Shown: piece after piece, positions 17,103 to 26,119 of the stretch
Layout: each line of letters opens with the position of its first letter
How positions within the stretch are numbered: position 1 is the stretch's first letter
Assembly: GCA_027009865.1 (NCBI GenBank)
Contig: JALVCR010000117.1
Coordinates: 1-32,979 of the forward strand
Reading direction: 5' to 3'
Length of the DNA: 32,979 nucleotides
Source: Campylobacterales bacterium
GTDB taxonomy: Bacteria; Campylobacterota; Campylobacteria; Campylobacterales; JAADDG01
The notes under the pieces: model-generated
The model's database searches: none
What the model saw: only the letters and a program-made list of their open reading frames with translations
Told to the model about the DNA's origin: nothing
Translations under genes and position numbers: made by a program

Positions 17103-18478
17103 TCTTCTATCTCTTCTATCGACTTGCATCCCCATTCTGGAAACTGCTCTCTTATAAATTGATTTAAAGCTATTTCGCTTGGGGAATAAATTCTCTTTTT
17201 TTTGTGTTTTGTAGATTCTCCCACTATCATTCCGGCAGCCGAAGTATTATTGGTAATTTTATCTATTAGTATAAAAGAGCCTGTTTTTTTGCTTTTTTCA
17301 TAAAAATCGAAAGCTATCTTTTCGCTTAAATCTATCTGCACTCTTGCTATGTCGTTTAATCTTAATCTTTTGCTCTCTATTTTTTCCCAGCTGTTTACAT
17401 CTTTTTTGAAAAGTATTCTGCTAATTGTGGCGTTAGTCTCTTTTGTGTATATTTTTAAAATATATTCTCTGTTTTGCAGCTCCTCTTCATCCATCCATAC
17501 TATCATAGCTTCAAAGGAGTCGTTGAATTTTGGCTGTATCTCTCCCTCTTTTGTTATCAAATCGCCTCTGCTTATGTCTATTTCATCCTTTAAAGTTAAA
17601 GTTATAGCTTTGCTTTTTTGAAAAGTTTTATTTTCCGGATTTATAGGATAGATTATATCTTTTATGAAACTCTCTTTTTTTGAGGGGTATATTATGATTT
17701 TATCATCTTTTTCTATCTCTCCGCTGGCTATATTTCCAGCATATCCTCTAAAATCAAAACCTCTGTTTACATATTGAACCGGAAATCTAAAACTTGTGAA
17801 ATTGCTTTTTAAAATCTTTACATTATCAAGGTATGATAAAAGAGCCTCTCCATCATACCAATTCATATTTTTGGACTTTTTAACTACATTATCTCCCTTT
17901 AGAGCACTTATTGGAATATAATCTATTTGTGTATGAAAATCTTTGTAGGGAAGAGAGAATTTTAATTTTTCAAACATCTTTTTATAATCTTCCACTATTT
18001 CAAAAAATCTCTCTTTAGAGTAGTTTACAAGATCCATTTTGTTAATAGTTACCACTATATTTCTTATTCCAAGAAGAGTTACCAAAAATGAGTGTCTTTT
18101 TGTCTGAGTTAAAACCCCTTTTCTGGCGTCTATCAAAATGACAGCCAAATCAGCCGTACTTGCGCCGGTAGCCATATTTCTTGTATACTGTTCGTGTCCG
18201 GGCGTATCGGCAATTATATATTTTCTTTTTTTTGTAGAGAAGTATCTGTAAGCTACATCTATCGTTATTCCCTGTTCTCTTTCGCTTTGAAGCCCATCTA
18301 CCAAAAGAGAAAAATCTATTTCATCTTCAGAGTTTTTATACTTTTTTGTTTCATTTTTAGCCTGCTGTATCTGATCTTCATATATTTTTTTGCTGTCGTA
18401 TAGAAGTCTTCCAATGAGTGTTGATTTTCCATCATCCACGCTTCCGCAGGTTATGAATCTAAGGAGATCCTCTCTCAT
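17099..18478 (-). CDS. cysN: Sulfate adenylyltransferase large (GTPase) subunit
   Basis: CGSVDDGKSTLIGRLL, EREQGITIDVAYRYF, DTPGHEQYTRNM and NKMD; no fused APS kinase. Confidence 0.96.
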   Translation of the reverse strand: MREDLLRFITCGSVDDGKSTLIGRLLYDSKKIYEDQIQQAKNETKKYKNSEDEIDFSLLVDGLQSEREQGITIDVAYRYFSTKKRKYIIADTPGHEQYTRNMATGASTADLAVILIDARKGVLTQTKRHSFLVTLLGIRNIVVTINKMDLVNYSKERFFEIVEDYKKMFEKLKFSLPYKDFHTQIDYIPISALKGDNVVKKSKNMNWYDGEALLSYLDNVKILKSNFTSFRFPVQYVNRGFDFRGYAGNIASGEIEKDDKIIIYPSKKESFIKDIIYPINPENKTFQKSKAITLTLKDEIDISRGDLITKEGEIQPKFNDSFEAMIVWMDEEELQNREYILKIYTKETNATISRILFKKDVNSWEKIESKRLRLNDIARVQIDLSEKIAFDFYEKSKKTGSFILIDKITNNTSAAGMIVGESTKHKKKRIYSPSEIALNQFIREQFPEWGCKSIEEIEE

Positions 18479-19371
18479 TAAAAGTATCCTTCTATTTTCT
18501 TTCTCTCCATGCTTCCTTCCTGATCTTTGTCTATCAGTCTCCCCTCTCTTTCACTATTTTTTGATAATTTCATCTCTTCTATAATTTCATCTAAATTTTT
18601 AGCGTTAGATTCTATAGCTCCGGTTAAGGGATAACATCCAAGAGTTCTAAATCTTACCATTTTTTCTTTGGCTCTTTTTTTAATCTCTTCTGGAACTCTG
18701 TCATCGTCTATTAAAATTTCAGCTCCTTCATATTCGGCTACTAGTCTCTTTTTTGCAAAATATAAAGGCACTACCGGAATATTTTCTTCTTTTATATATT
18801 GCCAAATATCAAGTTCTGTCCAATTTGAAAGGGGAAAAACTCTTACGCTCTCTTTTTTGTTTATATGCGTATTGAAAAGATTCCAAAGTTCAGGGCGCTG
18901 ATTTTTTGGATTCCATCTGTGGTTTTTATCTCTAAAACTAAAAATCCTCTCTTTTGCTCTGCTCTTTTCCTCGTCTCTTCTTGCCCCTCCTATTATTGCA
19001 TCGAATTGATATTTATCCAACGCTTTTTTTAGAGCCTGGGTTTTCATAATATCTGTATGAATTTTGCTTCCGTGAACAAAGGGGTTTATATTCATTTTAA
19101 TCCCTTCGGGATTTGAATATACTATCAAATCCACTCCAAGCTCTTTTACTCTTTTGTCTCTAAATTCAATCATTTCTCTAAATTTCCAAAGAGTATCCAC
19201 ATGCAAAAGAGGAACGGGAGGTTTTTGCGGATAGAAAGCTTTTATAAGCAGATGCAGCATCACGGAAGAATCTTTTCCTATACTATAGAGCATAACGGGA
19301 TTTTTAAAACATGCTACAACTTCTCTTAAAATATAGATACTCTCTTCTTCCAGTCTTTTTAAATGGCTCAT
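18478..19371 (-). CDS. cysD: Sulfate adenylyltransferase small subunit
   Basis: [36 protein letters not shown] and C-terminal EGYF. Confidence 0.96.
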   Translation of the reverse strand: MSHLKRLEEESIYILREVVACFKNPVMLYSIGKDSSVMLHLLIKAFYPQKPPVPLLHVDTLWKFREMIEFRDKRVKELGVDLIVYSNPEGIKMNINPFVHGSKIHTDIMKTQALKKALDKYQFDAIIGGARRDEEKSRAKERIFSFRDKNHRWNPKNQRPELWNLFNTHINKKESVRVFPLSNWTELDIWQYIKEENIPVVPLYFAKKRLVAEYEGAEILIDDDRVPEEIKKRAKEKMVRFRTLGCYPLTGAIESNAKNLDEIIEEMKLSKNSEREGRLIDKDQEGSMERKKIEGYF

Positions 19372-20063
19372 CTTAAATTCCCTAAAAGCTCATTTAAAAT
19401 AGGCTCTTTAAAATTTATATACTCCAAAATTTTTTTATCTGCTTCTACTTTTATCTCCTCTTCTCCTCTTGGGTCGTCTTCTGGTCTTACTCTTTTTTGA
19501 TTTTTTATAAACTCTATCTCTTTTGGATTGAAAAATTTGGAGAGAAATTCAAACAAGCCTTCGTTTAAATTGGATGTTTTTAAAATAGTTAAATTTTGAG
19601 GAAGGTTATATCTTTTCCAGAAATCATCTGTTCCGTTTTTTAGTATGTCTTCTAAAATAGGTTTTGGATTGTCAAAAATATAAAGTATCGTTACATAAGA
19701 TAATTTCCCAAATCTTAACTTTTCGTTTTCAAAATCTTTTACTTCATCTGCCCAGTTTTCATTCCATAATTTTATAAATTCATAAAAGGATAAATTTTCT
19801 ATATCCGCATTTTTAAAGCCTGGAAAAGTTTCCGGCCTTCTTCTCCACCATCCGTAAAGATAGTGGGATTCATACCATTTAAGCGGCTCTCTTAGAGTAA
19901 GAAGTCTTGGATATTCTTTATACTCTTTTGGAATATCTTGTGCGTATGCGTGTTTGTCCGCTATCTCTTTTATATCATCATATAATTTTTCTATATTTTT
20001 AGTTATAAAGGTTCCTCCGGTTTTAGGGGCGTGGATAAATACAAAATCTTTTGTGGCTATCAT
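19368..20063 (-). CDS. PAPS-dependent sulfotransferase (Sulfotransfer_2-like)
   Basis: 5'-PSB loop [10 protein letters not shown] and 3'-PB motif [10 protein letters not shown]; ATGA overlap with cysD. Confidence 0.8.
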   Translation of the reverse strand: MIATKDFVFIHAPKTGGTFITKNIEKLYDDIKEIADKHAYAQDIPKEYKEYPRLLTLREPLKWYESHYLYGWWRRRPETFPGFKNADIENLSFYEFIKLWNENWADEVKDFENEKLRFGKLSYVTILYIFDNPKPILEDILKNGTDDFWKRYNLPQNLTILKTSNLNEGLFEFLSKFFNPKEIEFIKNQKRVRPEDDPRGEEEIKVEADKKILEYINFKEPILNELLGNLR

Positions 20064-20097
20064 TCTTTCTCTCTTTTGGAAAATGATTTTAACGGAA

Positions 20098-20106
20098 ATT
20101 ATAGCA
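20098..20106 (-). promoter_or_regulatory. Extended -10 promoter of the sulfotransferase-cys operon
   Basis: TGCTATAAT on the minus strand, about 35 nt upstream of the ATG. Confidence 0.6.
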
Positions 20107-20148
20107 TATAAAATTTCTTAGAAATTTAAGAATTTAATCTATGTACTA

Positions 20149-20181
20149 TTGCAAAAAGTTAACATTTATGTTAATATTAAC
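20149..20181 (+). promoter_or_regulatory. Promoter and palindromic operator of the TA operon
   Basis: TTGCAA (20149-54), 17-nt spacer, TAATAT (20172-77); overlapping palindromes TTAACAT-TT-ATGTTAA (20159-74) and GTTAATATTAAC (20170-81). Confidence 0.55.
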
Positions 20182-20184
20182 TTC

Positions 20185-20529
20185 ATGAAAGAAATAGTAT
20201 TTTATAAATTGCCATCGGGGAAGTCGCCTATTGAAGATTTTTTAGATGGTTTATCTTCAAAAGAAGCTCAAAAAGTTGTTTGGGTATTAAAGCTTATTTA
20301 AGAGTTAGAACAAGTTTCAACAAAATATTATAAACAGCTTTAAAATACAGATGGGATAATTGAGATTAGAGTTCAAGTTGGAAAAAATCATTTTAGATTA
20401 TTGGGTTTTGAGCATAAAGAAAAATTTATTATTTTAACAAATGGTTTTAAGAAGAAAGATCAAAAAGTACCAAAGTCTGAAATAAAATTAGCACAATTAA
20501 GAAGAAAGGAGTATCTTGAAAATGAGTGA
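20185..20529 (+). pseudogene. RelE/HigB (Gp49-like) type II toxin interrupted by two in-frame TAA stops
   Basis: Hand translation: MKEIVFYKLPSGKSPIEDFLDGLSSKEAQKVVWVLKLI*ELEQVSTKYYKQL*NTDGIIEIRVQVGKNHFRLLGF...LTNGFKKKDQKVPKSEIKLAQLRRKEYLENE. Stops at 20299-20301 and 20341-20343. Confidence 0.88.
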
Positions 20530-20797
20530 TTTGCAAAAATATATTGATAAAAGAAAAAAAATAGATAAAAAGTTTGAAGAAAACTTTGATGTAGGTTATC
20601 AAGATTTTAAAATAGGAGAGCTTTTAAAACAAGCAAGATTGGAGTGTGGCTTAACTCAAGAAGATATTGCTAACAAATTAAATACTAAAAAATCAGCAAT
20701 ATCAAGAATAGAAAATCATGCACAAGATATTAGATTATCAACTTTGCAAAAATTTGCCAAGACTTTAGGTAAAGAGCTTAGAATTGAGTTAGTTTAA
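20522..20797 (+). CDS. XRE-family HTH antitoxin (HigA-like)
   Basis: LKQARLECGLTQEDIANKLNTKKSAISRIEN HTH; ATG 20522 follows AAGGAG and overlaps the toxin stop; toxin-first order. Confidence 0.88.
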   Translation: MSDLQKYIDKRKKIDKKFEENFDVGYQDFKIGELLKQARLECGLTQEDIANKLNTKKSAISRIENHAQDIRLSTLQKFAKTLGKELRIELV

Positions 20798-20798
20798 A

Positions 20799-20973
20799 GG
20801 ATAACAAATTTGGGAAGCCATTTAAAGTATTAATATATGGTAGTTAGATAATAAATTTTTGGAAAAAGAATAAGCCAACCCATGTAAATTAAAGCTTTTT
20901 TAAAATAAAACAATCAAAGAATCCAAAGCTTTAAATTCAAAAGCCGACTTGTTCTTCAAGCTTATCGTTAGAC
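20799..20973 (+). other. Degenerate integron attC-like inverted-repeat sequence
   Basis: GGATAAC 1 nt after the antitoxin stop; a second similar start at 20846; nested imperfect inverted repeats; ends in GTTAGAC (GTTRRRY). Confidence 0.35.
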
Positions 20974-20997
20974 TGCCGTCTTTAGCGGCAGTGTAAC
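20967..20997. repeat. GC-rich inverted repeat (hairpin) between convergent transcription units
   Basis: GTTAGACTGCCG-TCTTTAG-CGGCAGTGTAAC, 11 of 12 bp paired. Confidence 0.65.
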
Positions 20998-21070
20998 TTA
21001 AAAATATTACACTATACTTTTTATAGGAATTCAAGAAATGCTGGCACAAAAGCTCAAAGTTAAAATAAAT

Positions 21071-21331
21071 TTATCTAAAGAGATGTTTTTTAGTTTTTTG
21101 AAGATGTTTTATAACCTTTATTATCTCTTCAAATCCCATCTCACCTTCCGGATCGTCGGCGAATACTTCATCTATTGCATTTAAATATGCGTCTACCGCT
21201 TCTTGCATTTTATCTTTTTTAACTCCAGCAAAATATAAAGCGGCTCCAAGCATATCGGCAAGCTGCATTGCAAGCTCTTGGGCTTCAAGCTGTGAATCGA
21301 AAAGTTCTTGATTTTCTTCTTTTGTAACCAT
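21071..21331 (-). CDS. Small acidic hypothetical protein
   Basis: 86 aa, 3 bp after the DHH gene, AAGGA RBS; last gene of the rrf2-flhA run. Confidence 0.75.
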   Translation of the reverse strand: MVTKEENQELFDSQLEAQELAMQLADMLGAALYFAGVKKDKMQEAVDAYLNAIDEVFADDPEGEMGFEEIIKVIKHLQKTKKHLFR

Positions 21332-21334
21332 TTC

Positions 21335-22384
21335 TTATCCTTCTTCTTTTTTATCTTGATTTGAGTTTAAAATTTCTTGTATTTGATATTTTATATTATC
21401 ATATATGAAACTGTCTTTAAAATTGGCTAATTTTCCTCCGCTTGCGTTTTTATGTCCGCCTCCATCGGCTATCTCTTTTGCCATCAAGCTTACATCTATT
21501 TTTCCGTTTGCTCTAAGAGATATTGTTTTTCTGTTTGTAACATCCATAAAGAAATCAAAATCTTCATTTTTTGTCAAAAACTCGTTTCCTATAACGGAAG
21601 TATTTCCGATATTGTATGTCAAAATACCCTTATGCCCTTTATAGGTTATGCTCATTTTATCCTTGTTTTTAGATAAAAGCTCTACTATAAAGTGGGATAC
21701 GAGATTATCTAAAGTATCGTCTTCTTGGCCATAATTTAGGAAAAATCTCTTCTTTATCGTATGAATCGCCTCTTCGAGTTTTATGTTTCCTTTATGCTTA
21801 TTAAAAAACTCTTGAGCTTTTTCCAAAAGAAAAAATTTGTATCGGCTGTGCTCTGTCGGGAAAAGAGTTCGGTTTATCTCATTTGAATCTTTTATTAATC
21901 TCATACACACTTTTCCCATCTCAAATTTATCGCTCTCTTGAAGCCATATATCTATGGCATTAACTATTTCTACAAAATCGGCAAATTCTTCAAGCTCTTT
22001 ATGCTTTTTGACAAAATATTCATAAGTTATTTTGGTAGCCGATTTTGTGGTATCCAAATGATACCACTCATACTCCTTTGCGCACTCTTCTCCTGTTATA
22101 TGGTGGTCTAAAAGCAAAAGTTCTACATTTTTTGAGCTTTTGTTTTTAAGCTCTGTTAAAAGTTTGGCTTGCTCTTTTGTTAAATTAAGATCCGTTATCA
22201 AAACCAAGAAACTCTCTTCTTTATCTTTTTCTATTTTTTTGAAAATCTCTTGAAGTTTTTCATCTATCTCGTTTCCATAGTTTGAGTTGTAAAACTCTAT
22301 CTTTTCAAAAATCTTATTTGTTAAGAATTGGCAAGCATAACCGTCCAAATCGGTATGCGAAAGATGATAAACTTTTTTTTCCAT
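21335..22384 (-). CDS. DHH/DHHA1 phosphoesterase (NrnB-like nanoRNase)
   Basis: HTDLDG, ITD, LDHH, SLR and GGGHKNASG. Confidence 0.88.
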   Translation of the reverse strand: MEKKVYHLSHTDLDGYACQFLTNKIFEKIEFYNSNYGNEIDEKLQEIFKKIEKDKEESFLVLITDLNLTKEQAKLLTELKNKSSKNVELLLLDHHITGEECAKEYEWYHLDTTKSATKITYEYFVKKHKELEEFADFVEIVNAIDIWLQESDKFEMGKVCMRLIKDSNEINRTLFPTEHSRYKFFLLEKAQEFFNKHKGNIKLEEAIHTIKKRFFLNYGQEDDTLDNLVSHFIVELLSKNKDKMSITYKGHKGILTYNIGNTSVIGNEFLTKNEDFDFFMDVTNRKTISLRANGKIDVSLMAKEIADGGGHKNASGGKLANFKDSFIYDNIKYQIQEILNSNQDKKEEG

Positions 22385-22402
22385 TAATTTTATTTCCTTA
22401 CT

Positions 22403-24550
22403 TTATAGATTTTCTATCTCTATTGTTGCTATTACTTCAAATTTTGCGCTTGGATCTATTTCGGCGTGAGATAAAACCGTAATCTCAAGTCCAAATTTCT
22501 CGAAAATATCGCTTAAAGGTTTTCTCAAAAGAGGATCGGTTATCAAAACTGGAACTATCCCTTTTTGCAAAACTTTAGCCGCTTCATCGCTTACGACCTG
22601 AATTAGCGTGTTTATCTGGCCGATATTTAAAATAAGATCTCTTCTGCCCTCTCTCTCTTGCAGTTTCTCAAGAAGTTTTTGTTCGGTTTGAGGGGAGAGA
22701 GTTAAAAGTCTTATTGTACCGTTTTCATCCTTATAAAGAGAAGTGATTATTCTTGAGAGTTTTGCTCTTACCTGTTCTACTATAATATCTACGTTTTTTG
22801 TAACTTCTGCCACATCGGCGATAGTTTCCAAAATGGTAACCATATCTTTTATAGGAATTTTTTCATGCAAAAGAGCTTTTAAAACTTTTTGAATAAGCCC
22901 TAAAGAGGCTGTTTTTAAACACTCTTCCACAACAGTTGGATAATTTTTTCTTGTCATCTCTATTAGTTTTTGGACATCCTCTCTTGTTAAAAGATCTTCT
23001 GCATATTTTTTGATAAGCTCGCTCATGTGAGTTGAGATGACGGTGGAGGGATCAACCACCGTATATCCTTTCAAGATAGCGTCCTCTTTTTGATCTGGAT
23101 CAATCCATACGGCATCTATTCCGAAAGCCGGCTCTTTTGTTTTTATTCCCTCTATCTCTTCGGTAGCTATCGAGTTGTTTATAGCCAAAAATTTATCAGG
23201 ATAGATTTCTCCTCTTCCTATTTCTACTCCTTTTAAAAGTATTTGATATTCATTCGGTTTTAACTGAAGATTGTCTCTTATTCTAACTTGAGGCATAATA
23301 AAACCGTAATCTTCTGCAATTTTCCTTCTCATGCTCTTTATTCTATCAAGCAGATCCCCGTTTTGGGATTTATCGGCAAGTTTTATTAGCTGATATCCTA
23401 AATCAAGCTCTAAAATCTCAACTTTCAAAATATCCTCTATCTCCTCTTCCTCTTCCTTTTTTGAAGGAGCCTTCTCTTTTTGCTCTTTTTCTTCTTTTAT
23501 CTCCTCTTTTGGTTTCTCCTCTTCTATAAAATATCCCTCTCTTGTAAGTTTTAGAAGATATCCAAGCCCTAAAAAAACTACTCCTACAAATCCCAAAGAG
23601 ATGGTTGGAAGGCCTGGAACCAAAGCAAACATCAATAAAATTATTCCAACAATAAGTAGAGTCTTATACTCTCCTCCAAGCTGAGAGATGGCTCCTTTTG
23701 CAAAATTTTCCTCTTGTTTGCTTGTTCTTGTAATGATTATACCGGTAGCTGTGGAGATAATTAGAGCCGGAAGCTGAGATACCAAACCGTCTCCTATGGT
23801 TAGAATCGTAAAAGTTTGAGCGCTATCAGACATACTCATATCATATTGAAAGACTCCTATTAAAAATCCGCCAATGATATTTATAATCGTAATGATTATG
23901 CCCGCAATCGCATCCCCTTTTACGAATTTACTCGAACCATCCATCGCTCCGTAAAAGTTTGCTTCTTGAATAATTTCCTCTCTTCTTTTTCTTGCCGTCT
24001 CCTCATCTATCAGTCCGGCATTTAAATCCGCATCTATAGCCATCTGTTTTCCGGGCATCGCATCAAGCGTGAATCTTGCGGCAACTTCGGCTACTCTTGT
24101 AGATCCTTTGGTAATTACCATAAAATTTATCAATACCAAAATAATAAAAACTATTGTTCCTATTACATAGTTTCCTCCGACTACAAACTCTCCGAAACTT
24201 GTGATTATATCGCTGACAGCCTGCGGCCCTTCATGCCCTTTGCTTAGAATCATTCTTGTTGTAGCGATATTTAGAGATAATCTGTAAAGAGTTACTATTA
24301 AAATGAGAGTCGGAAATGTTGTAAAGTCTGTAGGTTTTGGAATATAGATTGAAATTAGCAAAAAAAGCACTGATAGTGCCAAAGATACGGTTAAAAATAG
24401 ATCTAAAACGCTGCTTGGCAGCGGAACAATAATGATTGCTACGATAGATACCAAAAAGATAACTATCGTTAAATCTTTGAATTTCCCTAAAGCTTCAAGA
24501 TATGGAAAAAATGAATTTAATACTTTAGATTTAGCACTCTTTTGGGGCAA
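22403..24550 (-). CDS. flhA: Flagellar export apparatus protein FlhA
   Basis: [35 protein letters not shown] and [13 protein letters not shown]. Confidence 0.97.
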   Translation of the reverse strand: MPQKSAKSKVLNSFFPYLEALGKFKDLTIVIFLVSIVAIIIVPLPSSVLDLFLTVSLALSVLFLLISIYIPKPTDFTTFPTLILIVTLYRLSLNIATTRMILSKGHEGPQAVSDIITSFGEFVVGGNYVIGTIVFIILVLINFMVITKGSTRVAEVAARFTLDAMPGKQMAIDADLNAGLIDEETARKRREEIIQEANFYGAMDGSSKFVKGDAIAGIIITIINIIGGFLIGVFQYDMSMSDSAQTFTILTIGDGLVSQLPALIISTATGIIITRTSKQEENFAKGAISQLGGEYKTLLIVGIILLMFALVPGLPTISLGFVGVVFLGLGYLLKLTREGYFIEEEKPKEEIKEEKEQKEKAPSKKEEEEEIEDILKVEILELDLGYQLIKLADKSQNGDLLDRIKSMRRKIAEDYGFIMPQVRIRDNLQLKPNEYQILLKGVEIGRGEIYPDKFLAINNSIATEEIEGIKTKEPAFGIDAVWIDPDQKEDAILKGYTVVDPSTVISTHMSELIKKYAEDLLTREDVQKLIEMTRKNYPTVVEECLKTASLGLIQKVLKALLHEKIPIKDMVTILETIADVAEVTKNVDIIVEQVRAKLSRIITSLYKDENGTIRLLTLSPQTEQKLLEKLQEREGRRDLILNIGQINTLIQVVSDEAAKVLQKGIVPVLITDPLLRKPLSDIFEKFGLEITVLSHAEIDPSAKFEVIATIEIENL

Positions 24551-24572
24551 TCTTTTCCTTGCATTTAAAATA

Positions 24573-24971
24573 TTACATTATATCTTTTAATGTAATATTA
24601 TCCAAAAATTCATCTATTTTAGTTTGAAGTTTATTTAAAAATGGCCAAATCATACAAAATTCGGCTCTGTTATTAGGGCAAGCCTCCATAGAGGAGGAGC
24701 AGTCAAATACCAAAGGATGCTTTTTTTCAACGGCTTCCAAGATTTTTTGTATAGGAATCTCTTCTGGGTTTTTATCCAAAACAAATCCCCCCTTAGCGCC
24801 TTTATAGGATTTTAGTATTCCCTCTTTTGCCAAACTTTGTAAAATTTTGGCAAGAAAACTTTTTGAGATATTTAATTTATGAGATAAAACTTCCACACCC
24901 TCGGGTCTGTCAGACTTTGCTATCAAAATAAGAGATAAAAGCGCATATTCGCTTGCTCTTGTAAGTAACAT
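24573..24971 (-). CDS. Rrf2-family transcriptional regulator with three Cys (putative Fe-S ligands)
   Basis: Winged HTH ([12 protein letters not shown]...KGAKGGFVL), C-X6-C-X7-C and ITLKDI. Confidence 0.92.
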   Translation of the reverse strand: MLLTRASEYALLSLILIAKSDRPEGVEVLSHKLNISKSFLAKILQSLAKEGILKSYKGAKGGFVLDKNPEEIPIQKILEAVEKKHPLVFDCSSSMEACPNNRAEFCMIWPFLNKLQTKIDEFLDNITLKDIM

Positions 24972-25161
24972 ATAATTTCCTCTAATCGTTTAATTAAGAG
25001 TAATTTTATCATCTTTTTGCTCAAAAATAAAATCGACAAGTTTTTTTTCTGTTGTAGTAAGTTCTTTATTTTAAACTATTATGAAAATATAAAGTTGAAT
25101 TTAAAAATTTTTTGTATAATTTCGTAAATATTTTTATTTATAAAGCCGCAAAGGGGCCATA

Positions 25162-25665
25162 ATGCTTGGCAAAAAACTTTTCTTTATAAAAGATTTTCTA
25201 AACTCTTCAAATTTTAAAAATACTATAAGTTTCGAAGAGTTTATGAAAATCTATACAGATGATAAGCTTACTGAACTTATAAACTCTGATATTTTTAATG
25301 ATAGAAAAAACAAAAAAAGTCTATCTTTAATACTTTTTAAAATTAAAGACAAAGAGAAAGGTTCAGTCGATATATCTGACGAAGATTTGGATATGATTTT
25401 CCATACAATTAAAATGGAAGTTAGAGATTATGATATTTTAGCCTCTTCAAGCAAAGATCAATTTCTTTTGCTTCTTCCCGAATGCTCTTTGAAAAACGCT
25501 GAAGATATAGCCAAAAGGATAGCTTCCATAATAGAAAATTTTGATGAAGAGAGAAGATTTGATATAAATTTTGGAGTAGCTGAATATATTGACGGTGAGA
25601 GTAAAGAGAGTTTTATTCAAAGAGCCAGAGACAGATTTGGTCCTTCTATGATAGCTCACGTTTAA
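25162..25665 (+). CDS. Degenerate stand-alone GGDEF-domain protein
   Basis: DKLTELIN, LSLILF, RDYDILASSSKDQFLLLLPE, FGVAEY and IQRA match the GGDEF fold; signature replaced by SKDQF. Confidence 0.75.
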   Translation: MLGKKLFFIKDFLNSSNFKNTISFEEFMKIYTDDKLTELINSDIFNDRKNKKSLSLILFKIKDKEKGSVDISDEDLDMIFHTIKMEVRDYDILASSSKDQFLLLLPECSLKNAEDIAKRIASIIENFDEERRFDINFGVAEYIDGESKESFIQRARDRFGPSMIAHV

Positions 25666-25776
25666 TTGCTTAAAATTTTTCAATTTATGTGAAATTTGTC
25701 ATAAAAAATTTGCTTAAATTATGTTATTTGGATATAATCTCACTCTTTAAAATAAAATACCAATCAGGAGGTCATT

Positions 25777-26058
25777 ATGGCTTTGGATTCGGCACAGAAA
25801 GCTCAAATTATAGAGCAGTTTGCACGAAACGAAAAAGATACAGGTTCTGCAGAAGTGCAGATAGCTTTGCTTACTAAAAGAATTGCGAATCTAACTGAAC
25901 ATCTTAAAATAAATAAAAAAGATCACTCTTCAAGACTCGGTTTGCTTAAAATGGTAGGTAAAAGAAAAAGGCTTTTAAGATATTTAAGAGCTAAAGATTA
26001 TGACTCATATACTAAAGTTATTACTTCTTTAAATATTAGAGATAAACAGACAGTTTAA
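25777..26058 (+). CDS. rpsO: 30S ribosomal protein S15
   Basis: [39 protein letters not shown]; AGGAGG RBS. Confidence 0.98.
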   Translation: MALDSAQKAQIIEQFARNEKDTGSAEVQIALLTKRIANLTEHLKINKKDHSSRLGLLKMVGKRKRLLRYLRAKDYDSYTKVITSLNIRDKQTV

Positions 26059-26063
26059 TTTTT

Positions 26064-26119
26064 TTATTTCCGTTTCGTTACCGATTTAAATTTGTTAAGT
26101 CGGTATCGGCGGAAAATAA
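26064..26119 (+). other. Long imperfect stem-loop just 3' of rpsO
   Basis: TTATTTCCG/CGGAAAATAA outer stem and TACCGATTTAA/TTAAGTCGGTA inner stem. Confidence 0.6.

Noticed and set aside
20299-20343. Stop-codon reassignment or selenocysteine/pyrrolysine readthrough in the toxin
   Set aside because: Both stops are TAA, which terminates many genes in this window; Sec and Pyl use TGA and TAG.
20798-21070. CRISPR array, tRNA, or a small sulfated-peptide (RaxX-like) precursor in the intergenic gap
   Set aside because: No regularly spaced repeats, no cloverleaf, and no convincing small ORF with an RBS; no peptide exporter nearby.
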